Source of the DNA: Candidatus Methanomethylicia archaeon
GTDB lineage: Archaea > Thermoproteota > Methanomethylicia > CALHIW01
Length of the DNA stretch: 64,000 nt
Assembly: GCA_038845975.1 (NCBI GenBank)
Contig: JAWBQF010000010.1
Coordinates: forward strand, 4,195 to 68,194
Direction of reading: 5' to 3'
Every line of letters starts with the position of its first letter. Position 1 is the first letter of the stretch. This document shows positions 1-9,757 of this stretch, piece after piece. Below the pieces are notes generated by a model that saw nothing but the letters and a program-made list of their open reading frames with translations, had not been told where the DNA came from and ran no database searches. The position numbers were made by a program, and so were the translations under genes.

Positions 1-405
1 CTCATCGCAATAGCCAAGCTCTGAAACCCTGCTAGCAATTATAGATTGGAATCTGAAACTATTTAATAAATAGAATAGAATTAATACCAGAAGTGGAAGT
101 GTAAACATCGTAAGCATTGTTAATCCTTGAGCCTTCAAATCAACATTTAAAAGAGGATCTTTAGACATTAGGGGCTTTACATCATCATCATCAGCCTTAA
201 CAATGATTTTCCCACTTAAAACATCTCTAATACTCATTGAAGTCTTCTTAAAACCACGTCCACTAATAATAGCCATAATAGCCATAATAAATATGAAGTA
301 TCCTAAAAATACATAGCTAGTATATTCTGGTGGAGCATATGAGGATATATATGCAAATACAAACATAGCTATAATGCTTAACATGTAGTTGATCCAAAGC
401 TTCAT
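1..405 (-). CDS. Hypothetical membrane protein, 3' end cut by window edge
   Basis: Minus-strand frame is open from the ATG at 403-405 to position 1, with no in-frame TTA/CTA/TCA on the plus strand. Translation MKLWINYMLSIIAMFVFAYISS...FIFIMAIMAIISG... is hydrophobic. It is absent from the ORF track because it is truncated. Confidence 0.35.
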   Translation of the reverse strand, partial: MKLWINYMLSIIAMFVFAYISSYAPPEYTSYVFLGYFIFIMAIMAIISGRGFKKTSMSIRDVLSGKIIVKADDDDVKPLMSKDPLLNVDLKAQGLTMLTMFTLPLLVLILFYLLNSFRFQSIIASRVSELGYCDE

Positions 406-455
406 AGAATCATAGTAGTATTAAGGATATTTAAATATTTTGAATATTATGGAAT

Positions 456-2012
456 TTATGTTAGAGATGATTTTAGTAATTCGCTTATATCCTTTACTGT
501 AATCTTATCCTCTAAACCTAAAGCCTTCACAGCATCTGTAAGCATAATAACACAGAATGGGCATGCTGTAGCAATAATATCTACATTAAGCTCTAATGCC
601 TCTTTAACTCTCTCAACTGATGGCCTCCTATCGTAGGGTGCTTCCTCAGTCCAAACTCTTCCACCACCTCCACCACAGCAGAAGCTATTCTCCCTATTTC
701 TATTCATCTCAACAAGCCTAACTCCAGGTATGGATTGAAGTATTTCTCTAGGTTCTTCAAATATATTGTTTCTCTTACCTAGAAAACATGGATCATGATA
801 GGCTACTCTAGCATTAATATTTCTTAGAGGCCTAATTAAACCATTTCTTAAAGCTTCAATGAATACTTGAGTGTAGTGTTTAACGTTAACAGTTAAGCTA
901 CTGTATGGCTGTTCATTCCTGAATACATTGAAGCAGTGAGGAGAATTTGTTATTATGTTTTTAATGTTATGATCACGGAATACTTGAATATTATGCTCAG
1001 CAAGAAATTCAAATAGTCCTCTTTCACCAAGTCTTAACATATGGTCACCACAACACCATTCATCAACTCCAAGAATACCATAGTTTAATCCTATTAGATT
1101 TAAAATATAGGCTGTTGATCTTGCTATTTCATGACATCTAATATCATATGCTGGACCACAGCATACAAAGTATAGGTTTTCATACTGCTCATTAGGCTTC
1201 AATAATTTAATATTTAAATCCTTAATCCAGTCAATTCTCTTCTCAGAGGGCATACCCCACGGATTATATGTTAGAAACGTATTTGATAAAACATCCCTAA
1301 CAGTTTTAGGAACAAAACCCTCCTCAACAATAACTCTTCTCAACTCAGTAACTGAATAGGAAGAATTTACTTCTTTAGGACAGTGTAAAGTGCATGAGTG
1401 ACATGCAGTACATAGCCATATATTATCTTCAGATATCTTAATTCTCTCTTTAATACCTTCATCTCTTGAATCTATGTTAAACCTATACATTGTAGATAGA
1501 GCTGTTGGACCGAGGAATTTATCATCAATAGATGCTGGACAAGCAGCATAGCATATTGCACATTTAATACATAAAGTATAGTTCCAATACTTCCAGTGAT
1601 CCTCAGGTTTTTGAAGTATTTCATTCTGTGGATATGTAGATCTGATAAGATATGGCTTAATATACCTATACTTATTGAAGAAGTTGTTAACGTCAACTAC
1701 AAGATCTCTAATAGTAGGCATGTTTGGAAGAGGCTCAATGAAAATGGAGTCCACATTTAAATGAAGTATTTGAGTATAACATGCAAGCATTGGTTTTCCA
1801 TTTACAAGCACACCACAGCTTCCACATATACCCATACGGCAAGAATATCTAAAATTAAGAGAGCCGTCAACATTATCCTTAATGTATAGTAGAGCATCAA
1901 GAAGAGTCATACCCCTATAGACTGGAACAGTATATGTTGATATTAATACTTTACCGGATTCAGGATCATATCTTTTAACTTTTATTTCAATGTTTTTAAC
2001 AAATTCAGCCAT
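456..2012 (-). CDS. sdhB: Fumarate reductase/succinate dehydrogenase Fe-S subunit fused to HdrD-like CCG domains (TfrB-like)
   Basis: N-terminal cluster motifs are CRMGICGSC (2Fe-2S), CIKCAICYAACP and CTACHSCTLHCP (4Fe-4S). The C-terminal half carries Cys-rich CCG-type motifs (VCCGP, HDPCFLG, FCCGGGGG, CPFC). The likely start is MAEFVKN at 2012 behind AGGTGG; the track ORF extends to 2048. Confidence 0.8.
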   Translation of the reverse strand: MAEFVKNIEIKVKRYDPESGKVLISTYTVPVYRGMTLLDALLYIKDNVDGSLNFRYSCRMGICGSCGVLVNGKPMLACYTQILHLNVDSIFIEPLPNMPTIRDLVVDVNNFFNKYRYIKPYLIRSTYPQNEILQKPEDHWKYWNYTLCIKCAICYAACPASIDDKFLGPTALSTMYRFNIDSRDEGIKERIKISEDNIWLCTACHSCTLHCPKEVNSSYSVTELRRVIVEEGFVPKTVRDVLSNTFLTYNPWGMPSEKRIDWIKDLNIKLLKPNEQYENLYFVCCGPAYDIRCHEIARSTAYILNLIGLNYGILGVDEWCCGDHMLRLGERGLFEFLAEHNIQVFRDHNIKNIITNSPHCFNVFRNEQPYSSLTVNVKHYTQVFIEALRNGLIRPLRNINARVAYHDPCFLGKRNNIFEEPREILQSIPGVRLVEMNRNRENSFCCGGGGGRVWTEEAPYDRRPSVERVKEALELNVDIIATACPFCVIMLTDAVKALGLEDKITVKDISELLKSSLT

Positions 2013-2020
2013 AACACCAC

Positions 2021-3721
2021 CTAGTATGCACGTACTTGTGGAGCCCACTTTGTAATAGTTACAGGAATATATTCTAGACGTGGACCATCAACAGTATAGT
2101 AGGCTAATGTATGTACAAGCCAGTTTTCATCATCTCTATTCGGATAGTCAATTCTTGAATGAGCCCCACGAGATTCTCTTCTATTTAAAGCAGATAGTAA
2201 AGTTACCTCTGCAAGATCAAGCATAAAGTCAAGTTCTAATGCAGCTATAAAGCCTGTATTAAAAACTTTTCCTCTATCCTCAACTCTAGCACTCTTAAAT
2301 CTTTCTTTTAAATCCTTAATCCTCCTAAGCCCTTCTAGAAGCTTATCGCCATGCCTGAAAATCCATGCACAATCATCCATTATACGCCTCATTTCATTTC
2401 TAATTTCTGGAATTCTCTCACCACCTTCATGTTTAAGAACACTATCATAAACTCTCTTCTCCTCCATTAATAGAAGGTCTTGAGGTATATCCGGTAGAGA
2501 GGATAATTGAGCGTTTTTAGCAGCTTCAACACCTGCAATAGCTCCGAAAACTAAACATTCAGCTGTTGAATTTGTTCCAAGCCTATTTGCACCATGAAGG
2601 CTTAAACATGAACATTCACCAGCAGCATAGAGTCTAGGTACTGGGGTTTCAGTTTTAATGTTTGCATGTATACCACCCATGGAGTAATGGGCTGCTGGCC
2701 TTATTGGTATTAGCTCATCTACAGGATCAATACCGGCAAGCTTAATACATACATCCCTTATTAATGGTAATCTCTCATTTATTTTCTCCTCGCCAAGATG
2801 TCTAAGATCCAAAGCAATATATGGGCCGAAGGGACCTTTAAATCCTCTACCTTCAAGGATTTCAGTATGTTCAGCTCTTGAAACAACATCTCTAGGAGCT
2901 GTTTCCATATATTTAGGAGCATAACGCTTCATAAAACGTTCACCATTAACATTTATTAAGTATCCGCCTTCACCACGAGCTCCCTCAGTAATAAGAATAC
3001 CTGATGGAACAAGACCTGTTGGGTGAAACTGCACCATCTCCATATCCTTTAAAGGAACGCCTGCACGGTAAGCTATAGCTACACCATCACCTGTAGCTGA
3101 ATGAGAATATGTTGTGAAGTTATATATTCTCATATAGCCTCCAGTAGCCATTATTATTGATTTAGCCCTAAATACACTCATTCTACCAGTCTTTATTTCG
3201 ATAGCTGTAACACCCCTAGCAATATTATCATCAACTATAAGAGATGTAACAAACCATTCATAGTAGAAGTTAATATTATCGTAAGCTAGTGAACGGCCAT
3301 ATAACGTATGCATTTCATGAAGACCAGTATAGTCAGCAGCAAAACATGCCCTCGGGAAGCTATGTCCTCCAAACGGTCTTTGAGATAGCTTTCCATTTTC
3401 ATCTCTACTCCATGGACAACCCCAATGATCAAGCTTAACTATTTCTACAGGTATTCTATTAACAAAAAGCTCTACAACATCCTGATCAGCGAGAAAATCA
3501 GATCCTTTAACAGTATCCCATGCATGAAGCTCTAATGAATCTCCTTCTCTCAATACCGCAGCAGTACCTCCCTGTGCACATATGGAGTGGGATCTAGTAG
3601 GGTAAACCTTACTTATTACACCAATACTAAGCTTAGGGTCATATTCAGCAGCTGCTATAGCAGCTCTTAAACCAGCGATACCAGCGCCAACTATTACAAT
3701 ATCATGACTTATAACTTCCAT
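2021..3721 (-). CDS. sdhA: Succinate dehydrogenase/fumarate reductase flavoprotein subunit (SdhA/FrdA/TfrA family)
   Basis: 566 aa with dinucleotide fold [14 protein letters not shown] and the [13 protein letters not shown]-His region. Also has HPTG, GEGG and the C-terminal ESRGAH motif. It lies 8 nt upstream of the Fe-S subunit. Confidence 0.9.
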   Translation of the reverse strand: MEVISHDIVIVGAGIAGLRAAIAAAEYDPKLSIGVISKVYPTRSHSICAQGGTAAVLREGDSLELHAWDTVKGSDFLADQDVVELFVNRIPVEIVKLDHWGCPWSRDENGKLSQRPFGGHSFPRACFAADYTGLHEMHTLYGRSLAYDNINFYYEWFVTSLIVDDNIARGVTAIEIKTGRMSVFRAKSIIMATGGYMRIYNFTTYSHSATGDGVAIAYRAGVPLKDMEMVQFHPTGLVPSGILITEGARGEGGYLINVNGERFMKRYAPKYMETAPRDVVSRAEHTEILEGRGFKGPFGPYIALDLRHLGEEKINERLPLIRDVCIKLAGIDPVDELIPIRPAAHYSMGGIHANIKTETPVPRLYAAGECSCLSLHGANRLGTNSTAECLVFGAIAGVEAAKNAQLSSLPDIPQDLLLMEEKRVYDSVLKHEGGERIPEIRNEMRRIMDDCAWIFRHGDKLLEGLRRIKDLKERFKSARVEDRGKVFNTGFIAALELDFMLDLAEVTLLSALNRRESRGAHSRIDYPNRDDENWLVHTLAYYTVDGPRLEYIPVTITKWAPQVRAY

Positions 3722-3775
3722 ATAACCGCCAATAGGCTATGGTAGAGAAACCTATAAATCTTTCCATAAAGTAAG

Positions 3776-3826
3776 TGGAATTGACAACTTAAGAAGGAAG
3801 CTACAATATATTAAGTTGTAACGTTT
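3776..3826. repeat. Degenerate copy of the ~50-bp GGCAACTTAAG palindromic mini-MITE
   Basis: GACAACTTAAGAAGGAAGCTACAATATATTAAGTTGTAACG aligns with the 28923-28973 copy (GGCAACTTAAGAATAAAGCTACAATATGCTAAGTTGCCACG). There are about 7 mismatches in 41 nt. Confidence 0.45.
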
Positions 3827-4766
3827 AAGTAGGCAACCTTGTAGATTTAGACATGTTTATCATCTCTAGCTACATTCCCATTAAGTCTCAATTTAGGGTT
3901 TAAATTGAATAGCATTTGTAAAATATCAACCCTTCTCTAACCGCCAATAACCTTCACGAGTTTAAGCCATTAACAATATATGTTCTTAGATTTAAAATTT
4001 ACAAGACAAAGTAAAACCAACATGATAACCTAGAGGCATTTAAATTCGGCTATCTAGAACTTAAAGCTCTGAAATAACTTTAAGCTACATGTTAAGTTGT
4101 TATATCTAGGGAAACATAATATCTATCAGGATTGCTGATATGTTCTATTAAGAACTCATCGTGGAACTTCAGTATATTGTTATGTATGATGTTTGTATGA
4201 GTGTTAGGAATGTTGATGTAAGCTGCTCATATCTTACTATTGAATACTACTATATGCAAAGAATCTTTCAGTAGTGCTTCTCATTTTCTTATATACCTTT
4301 TATTGAGTCTATAAGGCTTTCTACGTTTAAGCTTAATCCTCAGATTAACATTTATGTTATTTTGTTTCCTTAATACTTAAGGTAAGCTCTTATGTCTTAG
4401 TGTTACATGAATCTCCATAATCTACTTAGGTCAAATATTCTCATATCCATTATAGCCAATCAGCTCTTCTTCCTAACCTAATGCTATGCTATCAATAGTG
4501 ATTTACTTCTAAGCCTCTTAAAGCTTAAGTAATATCTATACTTACAGGTATCCATTTACAGTTAGCAACAAGCACATACAAATAACATTCAATACAGTCA
4601 TTATTAATTATAGCTTAGAGAGAAAGAATTTTAGTAAGCGTTCACCCAATTATTATTAAACTCATAAACTTTATATATAAACACAGGAATAAAATCTAAA
4701 TATTTTTACAATGACTTCTAACAATCTGAAGTTAATACATATCATTATTTAGCGTGAAGTTTTTAA

Positions 4767-6053
4767 ATGTTAAATTTTAAATATATTATGGAAACATCTA
4801 GGATACCGGGTTTCTATAAGCTTTCAGTTACAGAAAGATTAAAAATTATTGCTGAATATGCATCGTTAACTAACGAAGAGGTTGAAGCTCTCAGTAATTT
4901 TGGAAATTTAGGTGCTGAACTAGCTGATAGAATGATTGAAAACGTTATTGGAGGAATAACGTACCCATTTGCAGTTGCTGTAAACTTTCTTATCAATAAT
5001 CGTGATTATATAGTTCCAATGGTTATAGAAGAACCTTCAGTTGTTGCTGCTGCAAGTAATGCTGCTAGAATTACGAGAAGTAAGGGAGGTATACAGACAA
5101 GCAGTACAGATCCATTAATGATTGGACAGATTCAGTTAGTTAATGTTAAGGATCCTTGGGGTAAGAGAGCATTAATACTTGAACATAAAGATGAATTGTT
5201 AAAAATCGCTAATGAGCAGGATCCAGTACTTGTAAGCCTTGGTGGTGGAGCTAGAGATCTTGAGGTTAGGGTATTGGATACTTTAAAGGGCCCAATGGTT
5301 ATTACCCATCTCATCGTTGATGTCAGAGATGCTATGGGCGCAAATACTGTTAATACTATGGTTGAGGCAATAGCACCATACATAGAGGAGCTTACTAATG
5401 GGAAGGTATATCTCCGAATAATATCAAATCTTCCTGATAAACGAATTGTTAGAGCTAAAGTTATTGTTGATAAGAAGGAGCTTGGTGGAGAAGATATCGT
5501 TGATAGGATAGTTTCAGCATGGGCTTTTGCAGCTGTAGATCCTTATAGAGCTGTAACGCACAATAAGGGAATTATGAATGGAATAATAGCTGTAGCTCTT
5601 GCTACGGCTCAGGATCATAGAGCTATTGAAGCAGGAGCACATGCATATGCTGCTAGAAACGGGAAATACACTACATTAACTACATGGGAGAAAAATGAAG
5701 ACGGTGATCTTGTAGGTGTTCTTGAACTACCTATTCCTGTTGGAATTGTTGGTGGAGCTATTAAAACACACCCAATTGCAAGAATAGCTTTAAAAATACT
5801 TAAAGTTAAAACTGCAAGAGAGCTTGGAGAAGTTATGGGGGCTGTAGGACTAGTCCAAAATCTTGCAGCACTAAGAGCACTAGTAACAGAGGGGATTCAG
5901 AAAGGCCATATGAAGCTTCATGCTAGAAATCTTGCAATTATGGCTGGTGCTAAGGGTGAAATGATAGATAGAGTTGTTGAAGCAATGATTGGAGAGGGAA
6001 AAATTAGATTTGATAGAGCTAAGGAAATTGTTAGAAAGCTTAGTGGAAAATAA
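4767..6053 (+). CDS. hmgA: Hydroxymethylglutaryl-CoA reductase, class II type
   Basis: Collinear with class II HMGR as remembered from Pseudomonas mevalonii: SRIPGFYKLS..ERL, ENVIGG, IEEPSVVAAAS, DAMGANTVN, VGIVGGA. The start may be METSRIPG at 4788. Confidence 0.85.
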   Translation: MLNFKYIMETSRIPGFYKLSVTERLKIIAEYASLTNEEVEALSNFGNLGAELADRMIENVIGGITYPFAVAVNFLINNRDYIVPMVIEEPSVVAAASNAARITRSKGGIQTSSTDPLMIGQIQLVNVKDPWGKRALILEHKDELLKIANEQDPVLVSLGGGARDLEVRVLDTLKGPMVITHLIVDVRDAMGANTVNTMVEAIAPYIEELTNGKVYLRIISNLPDKRIVRAKVIVDKKELGGEDIVDRIVSAWAFAAVDPYRAVTHNKGIMNGIIAVALATAQDHRAIEAGAHAYAARNGKYTTLTTWEKNEDGDLVGVLELPIPVGIVGGAIKTHPIARIALKILKVKTARELGEVMGAVGLVQNLAALRALVTEGIQKGHMKLHARNLAIMAGAKGEMIDRVVEAMIGEGKIRFDRAKEIVRKLSGK

Positions 6054-6223
6054 GAGTTCTATTTACTTACTAGATAGGTAAATAGATTCTCATTTACATC
6101 ATGGCTAACATTTATTATAAAGCTAATTAACTAACTCAACACTTTCATACATCATATAGACTGGAATAGTAATCACTAGAAATTAGGAGTGTAAAAGTTT
6201 ATTAAGTTCTTCTCAATATAACA

Positions 6224-6625
6224 TTGATTTATATGTTTTTACCATGCGAAGTAGCTGTAAAAGCAGTAATTCCAGCTATTAGATCTGCAATTGTGAAGGT
6301 AATGTATAATGAATTTGGATTTAAACAAATAAGCATAGCGGAGTCTCTAAACATAACTCAAGCTGCTGTAAGCCAATATATTAGAGGAGTAAGAGGAACA
6401 GCTATAAGTATTGATAGTATTCCTGAAATACATAGTGAAATCATTAATTTCATTAACAAAGTCATAATGGAAAATATTAGTAGAGATGAGCAAATAATTC
6501 ACTATTGTAAACTCTGCAATACTATTAGGGCTAAGGGACTTATGTGTGAGATACATAAGCAATACGACTTAACGATAAGAAAACTTAACTGCAGTATCTG
6601 TAAATCCTTTAAATGTGGATTATAG
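6224..6625 (+). CDS. Small HTH transcriptional regulator with C-terminal Cys cluster
   Basis: HTH-like segment ISIAESLNITQAAVSQYIRG. C-terminal cysteines are CKLCN...CEIH...CSICKSFKC. Confidence 0.5.
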   Translation: MIYMFLPCEVAVKAVIPAIRSAIVKVMYNEFGFKQISIAESLNITQAAVSQYIRGVRGTAISIDSIPEIHSEIINFINKVIMENISRDEQIIHYCKLCNTIRAKGLMCEIHKQYDLTIRKLNCSICKSFKCGL

Positions 6626-6776
6626 CATAACAGCAATACATAACCATGTATGAGCTAGTTACATACAATGTAATACTACAGCTTAACATAATGGATGCTG
6701 ATAAAATATTTAATTTCTAAAAGAAGATAAAATTATTAGGAAACCTAAATAGATTTCCATATTTTAAGCTGCAATA

Positions 6777-7595
6777 TTAGTTAGGCAGTATCCTTGTACA
6801 TTTAGTATTTTCCCCATCTAGAAGAAGACATAGGTTTTCATATTTAAGTACATTACCAATAACTACTTGAATACCCCTTTCTGCAAGTATTAGTGCCTCC
6901 TTAAGTTTTCCAAGCATTCCTTGAGTAACATCATTATGTGTTGAGTAACCAACAAACTTAATAACTTCACTAAAATTTGATGGGGTTATAGTATTTATAA
7001 GCTTGGCATTTATTGACCTTTTAGGGTCAGATGTATAGACTCCATCAACATCTGTTCCGAAAACAACTTTATCAGCACCAATTTCAAGAGCTATTTTTGA
7101 AGTAATTTGATCGCCTGAAAGTATACCAAATCCATGTTTTGTATCTAGAACTGTATCACCACATATTACAGGCATTATGTTGAGGTCTAAGAGCATTTTA
7201 ATGGGCTCTATAAAGATCTTACTAATTCTGAAATCCGTCATAACTATGAAGTCCATAGGATACATGGGTACAGCTGGAACACCATGCTTAATTAGAGATT
7301 CAACTATGATTTCACTTAGCCTAATCATACTAAGCTTTGTTTCAGCAACACCAATAATTTGGCTCTTATCTCTAAGTCCGAGATGTAAACCATACTTGTA
7401 TGCTAATGGATGTCCAAAGGAGCCTGCTCCATGAATGAGTATTATTCTCCACCGATTTAAAGCATTTGATATTTCATGTGCAATACCGTTTATAACATCT
7501 ATTCTAGGGGTAAAAATTCTCTCCTTATCCGTAATAACGGACCCGCCGATCTTAATGATCGCTAATCTTCTAGGTAAACAACTCATCTTAAACAT
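6777..7595 (-). CDS. ipk: Isopentenyl phosphate kinase
   Basis: Amino-acid-kinase fold with IIKIGGSVITDK, HGAGSFGH, SGD and TDVDGVY. It is collinear with archaeal IPK. Confidence 0.85.
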   Translation of the reverse strand: MFKMSCLPRRLAIIKIGGSVITDKERIFTPRIDVINGIAHEISNALNRWRIILIHGAGSFGHPLAYKYGLHLGLRDKSQIIGVAETKLSMIRLSEIIVESLIKHGVPAVPMYPMDFIVMTDFRISKIFIEPIKMLLDLNIMPVICGDTVLDTKHGFGILSGDQITSKIALEIGADKVVFGTDVDGVYTSDPKRSINAKLINTITPSNFSEVIKFVGYSTHNDVTQGMLGKLKEALILAERGIQVVIGNVLKYENLCLLLDGENTKCTRILPN

Positions 7596-7609
7596 ACTTA
7601 CTTATCATA

Positions 7610-8512
7610 GTGAGAGTATTTAAGTTTGCTGTAGAGGAAATTATTATGAAGCAGGTTTTTGTATGTGGGGTATTTAGTGAAAACTCCGGTAAGACAACGT
7701 TATGTAGAGCATTAATAGAATATTTAGCCTCAATAGGAGTTAGGGTTTCAGCTTTTAAACCGTTATCTGGACATAGCTTCTGGGAACAATATGATTGTTA
7801 CCTAGAATGTTTAAGAATAGGAAGTATTTTCTGTGAGGATGCCTATGAACTGTGGAAACTAGTAAATGTTAAGGTGCCAATTGAGGTTTTAAATCCAGCT
7901 GATATACTAACAACAATACCGGACATTATAAAGCTAATAGATAAAAACAGTATTAATAACATTTTTAACTCAACAATCTATAATTGGATGTATATTGGAA
8001 GATTTACAATTGCTCATAAAGGGAAACTGGAGCATATAGTATACTATAATGTTAATGAGGAAATAATACATCTCGATGAAATTATTAGAAAGCTAAAAAT
8101 TAAAATCAGTAAGCTTATACCAATAAATGAATTCAATGACTTCATGAAAGTTCATGAGGAATTCTACTACAATGCTGTTAACTCCTGTTATGAACTAATA
8201 TCTAAAAATGTTGATTTAATAGTTGTTGAGGGATTTAATGATTCAATATATCCTTGGAGTGGAGTGGAAAACTCAACAATAGTTCTTGCAGTATCTCCAG
8301 GACATATTATAATTTACAATGCTAAAGAATTTTATAAAGCCATAAATAATCAAAAAACCATAAAGGTATTTTATGATGTTGCTAGTAAAGTTAAACCTAT
8401 AAAAATACTTAGAATACCACCACTTACAAAACACGATATTAAGGATACTACTATACTAGTCAGGAAATATAGTAATGCGCTAGCTGAAATAGTAAATATC
8501 CTTAAGCTCTAA
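7610..8512 (+). CDS. BioD/CobQ-like P-loop NTPase of unknown function
   Basis: Walker-A-like GVFSENSGKTTLCRAL, then KPLSG and VVEGFND, which resemble dethiobiotin-synthetase-fold proteins. The probable start is MKQVFVCG at 7646. Confidence 0.4.
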   Translation: MRVFKFAVEEIIMKQVFVCGVFSENSGKTTLCRALIEYLASIGVRVSAFKPLSGHSFWEQYDCYLECLRIGSIFCEDAYELWKLVNVKVPIEVLNPADILTTIPDIIKLIDKNSINNIFNSTIYNWMYIGRFTIAHKGKLEHIVYYNVNEEIIHLDEIIRKLKIKISKLIPINEFNDFMKVHEEFYYNAVNSCYELISKNVDLIVVEGFNDSIYPWSGVENSTIVLAVSPGHIIIYNAKEFYKAINNQKTIKVFYDVASKVKPIKILRIPPLTKHDIKDTTILVRKYSNALAEIVNILKL

Positions 8513-8952
8513 TTAATCTATCAACTTTACCGGTACTTCATATCTAAATCTTTACAGTTTAAACACTATGAATATATTTAAACATGTTTAAATTCATCTC
8601 TAAACTCTAGAACCTAGGCTACTTTATCCAAGAGGTCATTAGGAAAACATATACGGTGGAGCTTCATAGATTTAAACATGTTTTATATCTCTCCTTTAGT
8701 GCTGTTTTGTCATAAAGTAGACTTTTATCATTAATCTAAAATCTTAGTTACTGAATGTTTCATGTGAATTCTTAACATTCATTTTCTATTAAGCACTATA
8801 GTATTTTGAATAGTTTTGGTGGCATATAATCATTAGAATGTGTTAAAAACCAAGACTACAGTCCAGCAATACTGCACAAACACTATAGACACATCTGAAC
8901 TAAGCTTCGTTAAACTTATAAGATTGATAAAGTATGGCTAACTGGTGGTTTC

Positions 8953-9753
8953 ATGAATATTGTAGTCTGCGTAAAGGCAATACCATATATTGAGGAAAGG
9001 ATAAGAATAGATCAAAACTGTAAGGACATTGTTAAAACAGGATTAAAATTTAAAATAAATGATAGCGATGAAAATGCATTAGAGGAGGCACTTATACTAA
9101 AGGAGAAATATGGTGGAGCTGTAACCGTTGTTTCTCTATGTAGTGATAAAGAACTTACATATGCTGAGCAGGTTATATGGGAATGCTACGCTAAGGGGAC
9201 TGACCATGCAATACTTATATGTGATAAAATATTTGAAAATCTAGATCCATACATCACATCAAGGACCCTAGCTGAGGTTTTAAGAGGTATAAAGTATGAT
9301 CTTATATTAACTGGATGTCAAGCAGTTGATGATAGTTACATGCAGATTGGACCGATGATAGCGGAAATTCTTGGAATACCGTATACAACACTAGCTGTAA
9401 AGATGCAGGTTCTAGATAATGAAAGAATTCTTGTACATAGAGAGCTTGAAGAGGGATATAGACAGGCTGTTGAGATTAAACTACCAGCATTAATTACTAT
9501 TCAGACAGGTATTAACCTACCAAGATATGCAGCTCTCATAAAGGTTCTAGCCGCGAAGAAGAAGCCTATAAGGAAAATTACAGCTCAAGAGTTAAAGCTG
9601 AATATGGAGATGATAAATTCATGGAGAAGCATATTTATTGAAGAAATGTATATACCAAAGGCTGAAAGAGCTGCTCAAATAATTACTGGATCTCCAGCAG
9701 AGGCTGCAGCTAAACTCGCCTTAATTGTTAATAATATATTAAAAAGCGGGTGA
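8953..9753 (+). CDS. etfB: Electron transfer flavoprotein beta subunit
   Basis: 266 aa. Begins MNIVVCVK.IP and has an ETF-beta-like layout. It lies immediately upstream of the alpha subunit. Confidence 0.85.
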   Translation: MNIVVCVKAIPYIEERIRIDQNCKDIVKTGLKFKINDSDENALEEALILKEKYGGAVTVVSLCSDKELTYAEQVIWECYAKGTDHAILICDKIFENLDPYITSRTLAEVLRGIKYDLILTGCQAVDDSYMQIGPMIAEILGIPYTTLAVKMQVLDNERILVHRELEEGYRQAVEIKLPALITIQTGINLPRYAALIKVLAAKKKPIRKITAQELKLNMEMINSWRSIFIEEMYIPKAERAAQIITGSPAEAAAKLALIVNNILKSG

Positions 9754-9757
9754 AAAC

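Noticed and set aside
2013-2048. N-terminal extensions in the track ORFs. Examples: [12 protein letters not shown] on the TfrB-like protein, the 25 aa before MSYDIIIT at 39217-39291, and MIFITTDINFYKSYDS on SurE.
   Set aside because: Internal ATGs preceded by GGTGA/AGGTGG-type SD motifs, and alignment of the conserved N-termini, indicate shorter true CDSs. The extensions would overlap upstream genes or promoters.
3722-3952. 12-bp direct repeat TAACCGCCAATA (3722-3733 and 3941-3952) as the TSD of a ~210-bp insertion
   Set aside because: The enclosed sequence has no terminal inverted repeats. 12 bp does not match the 8-bp duplications of the elements identified here. It may be a local duplication of the sdhA leader and is too uncertain to call.
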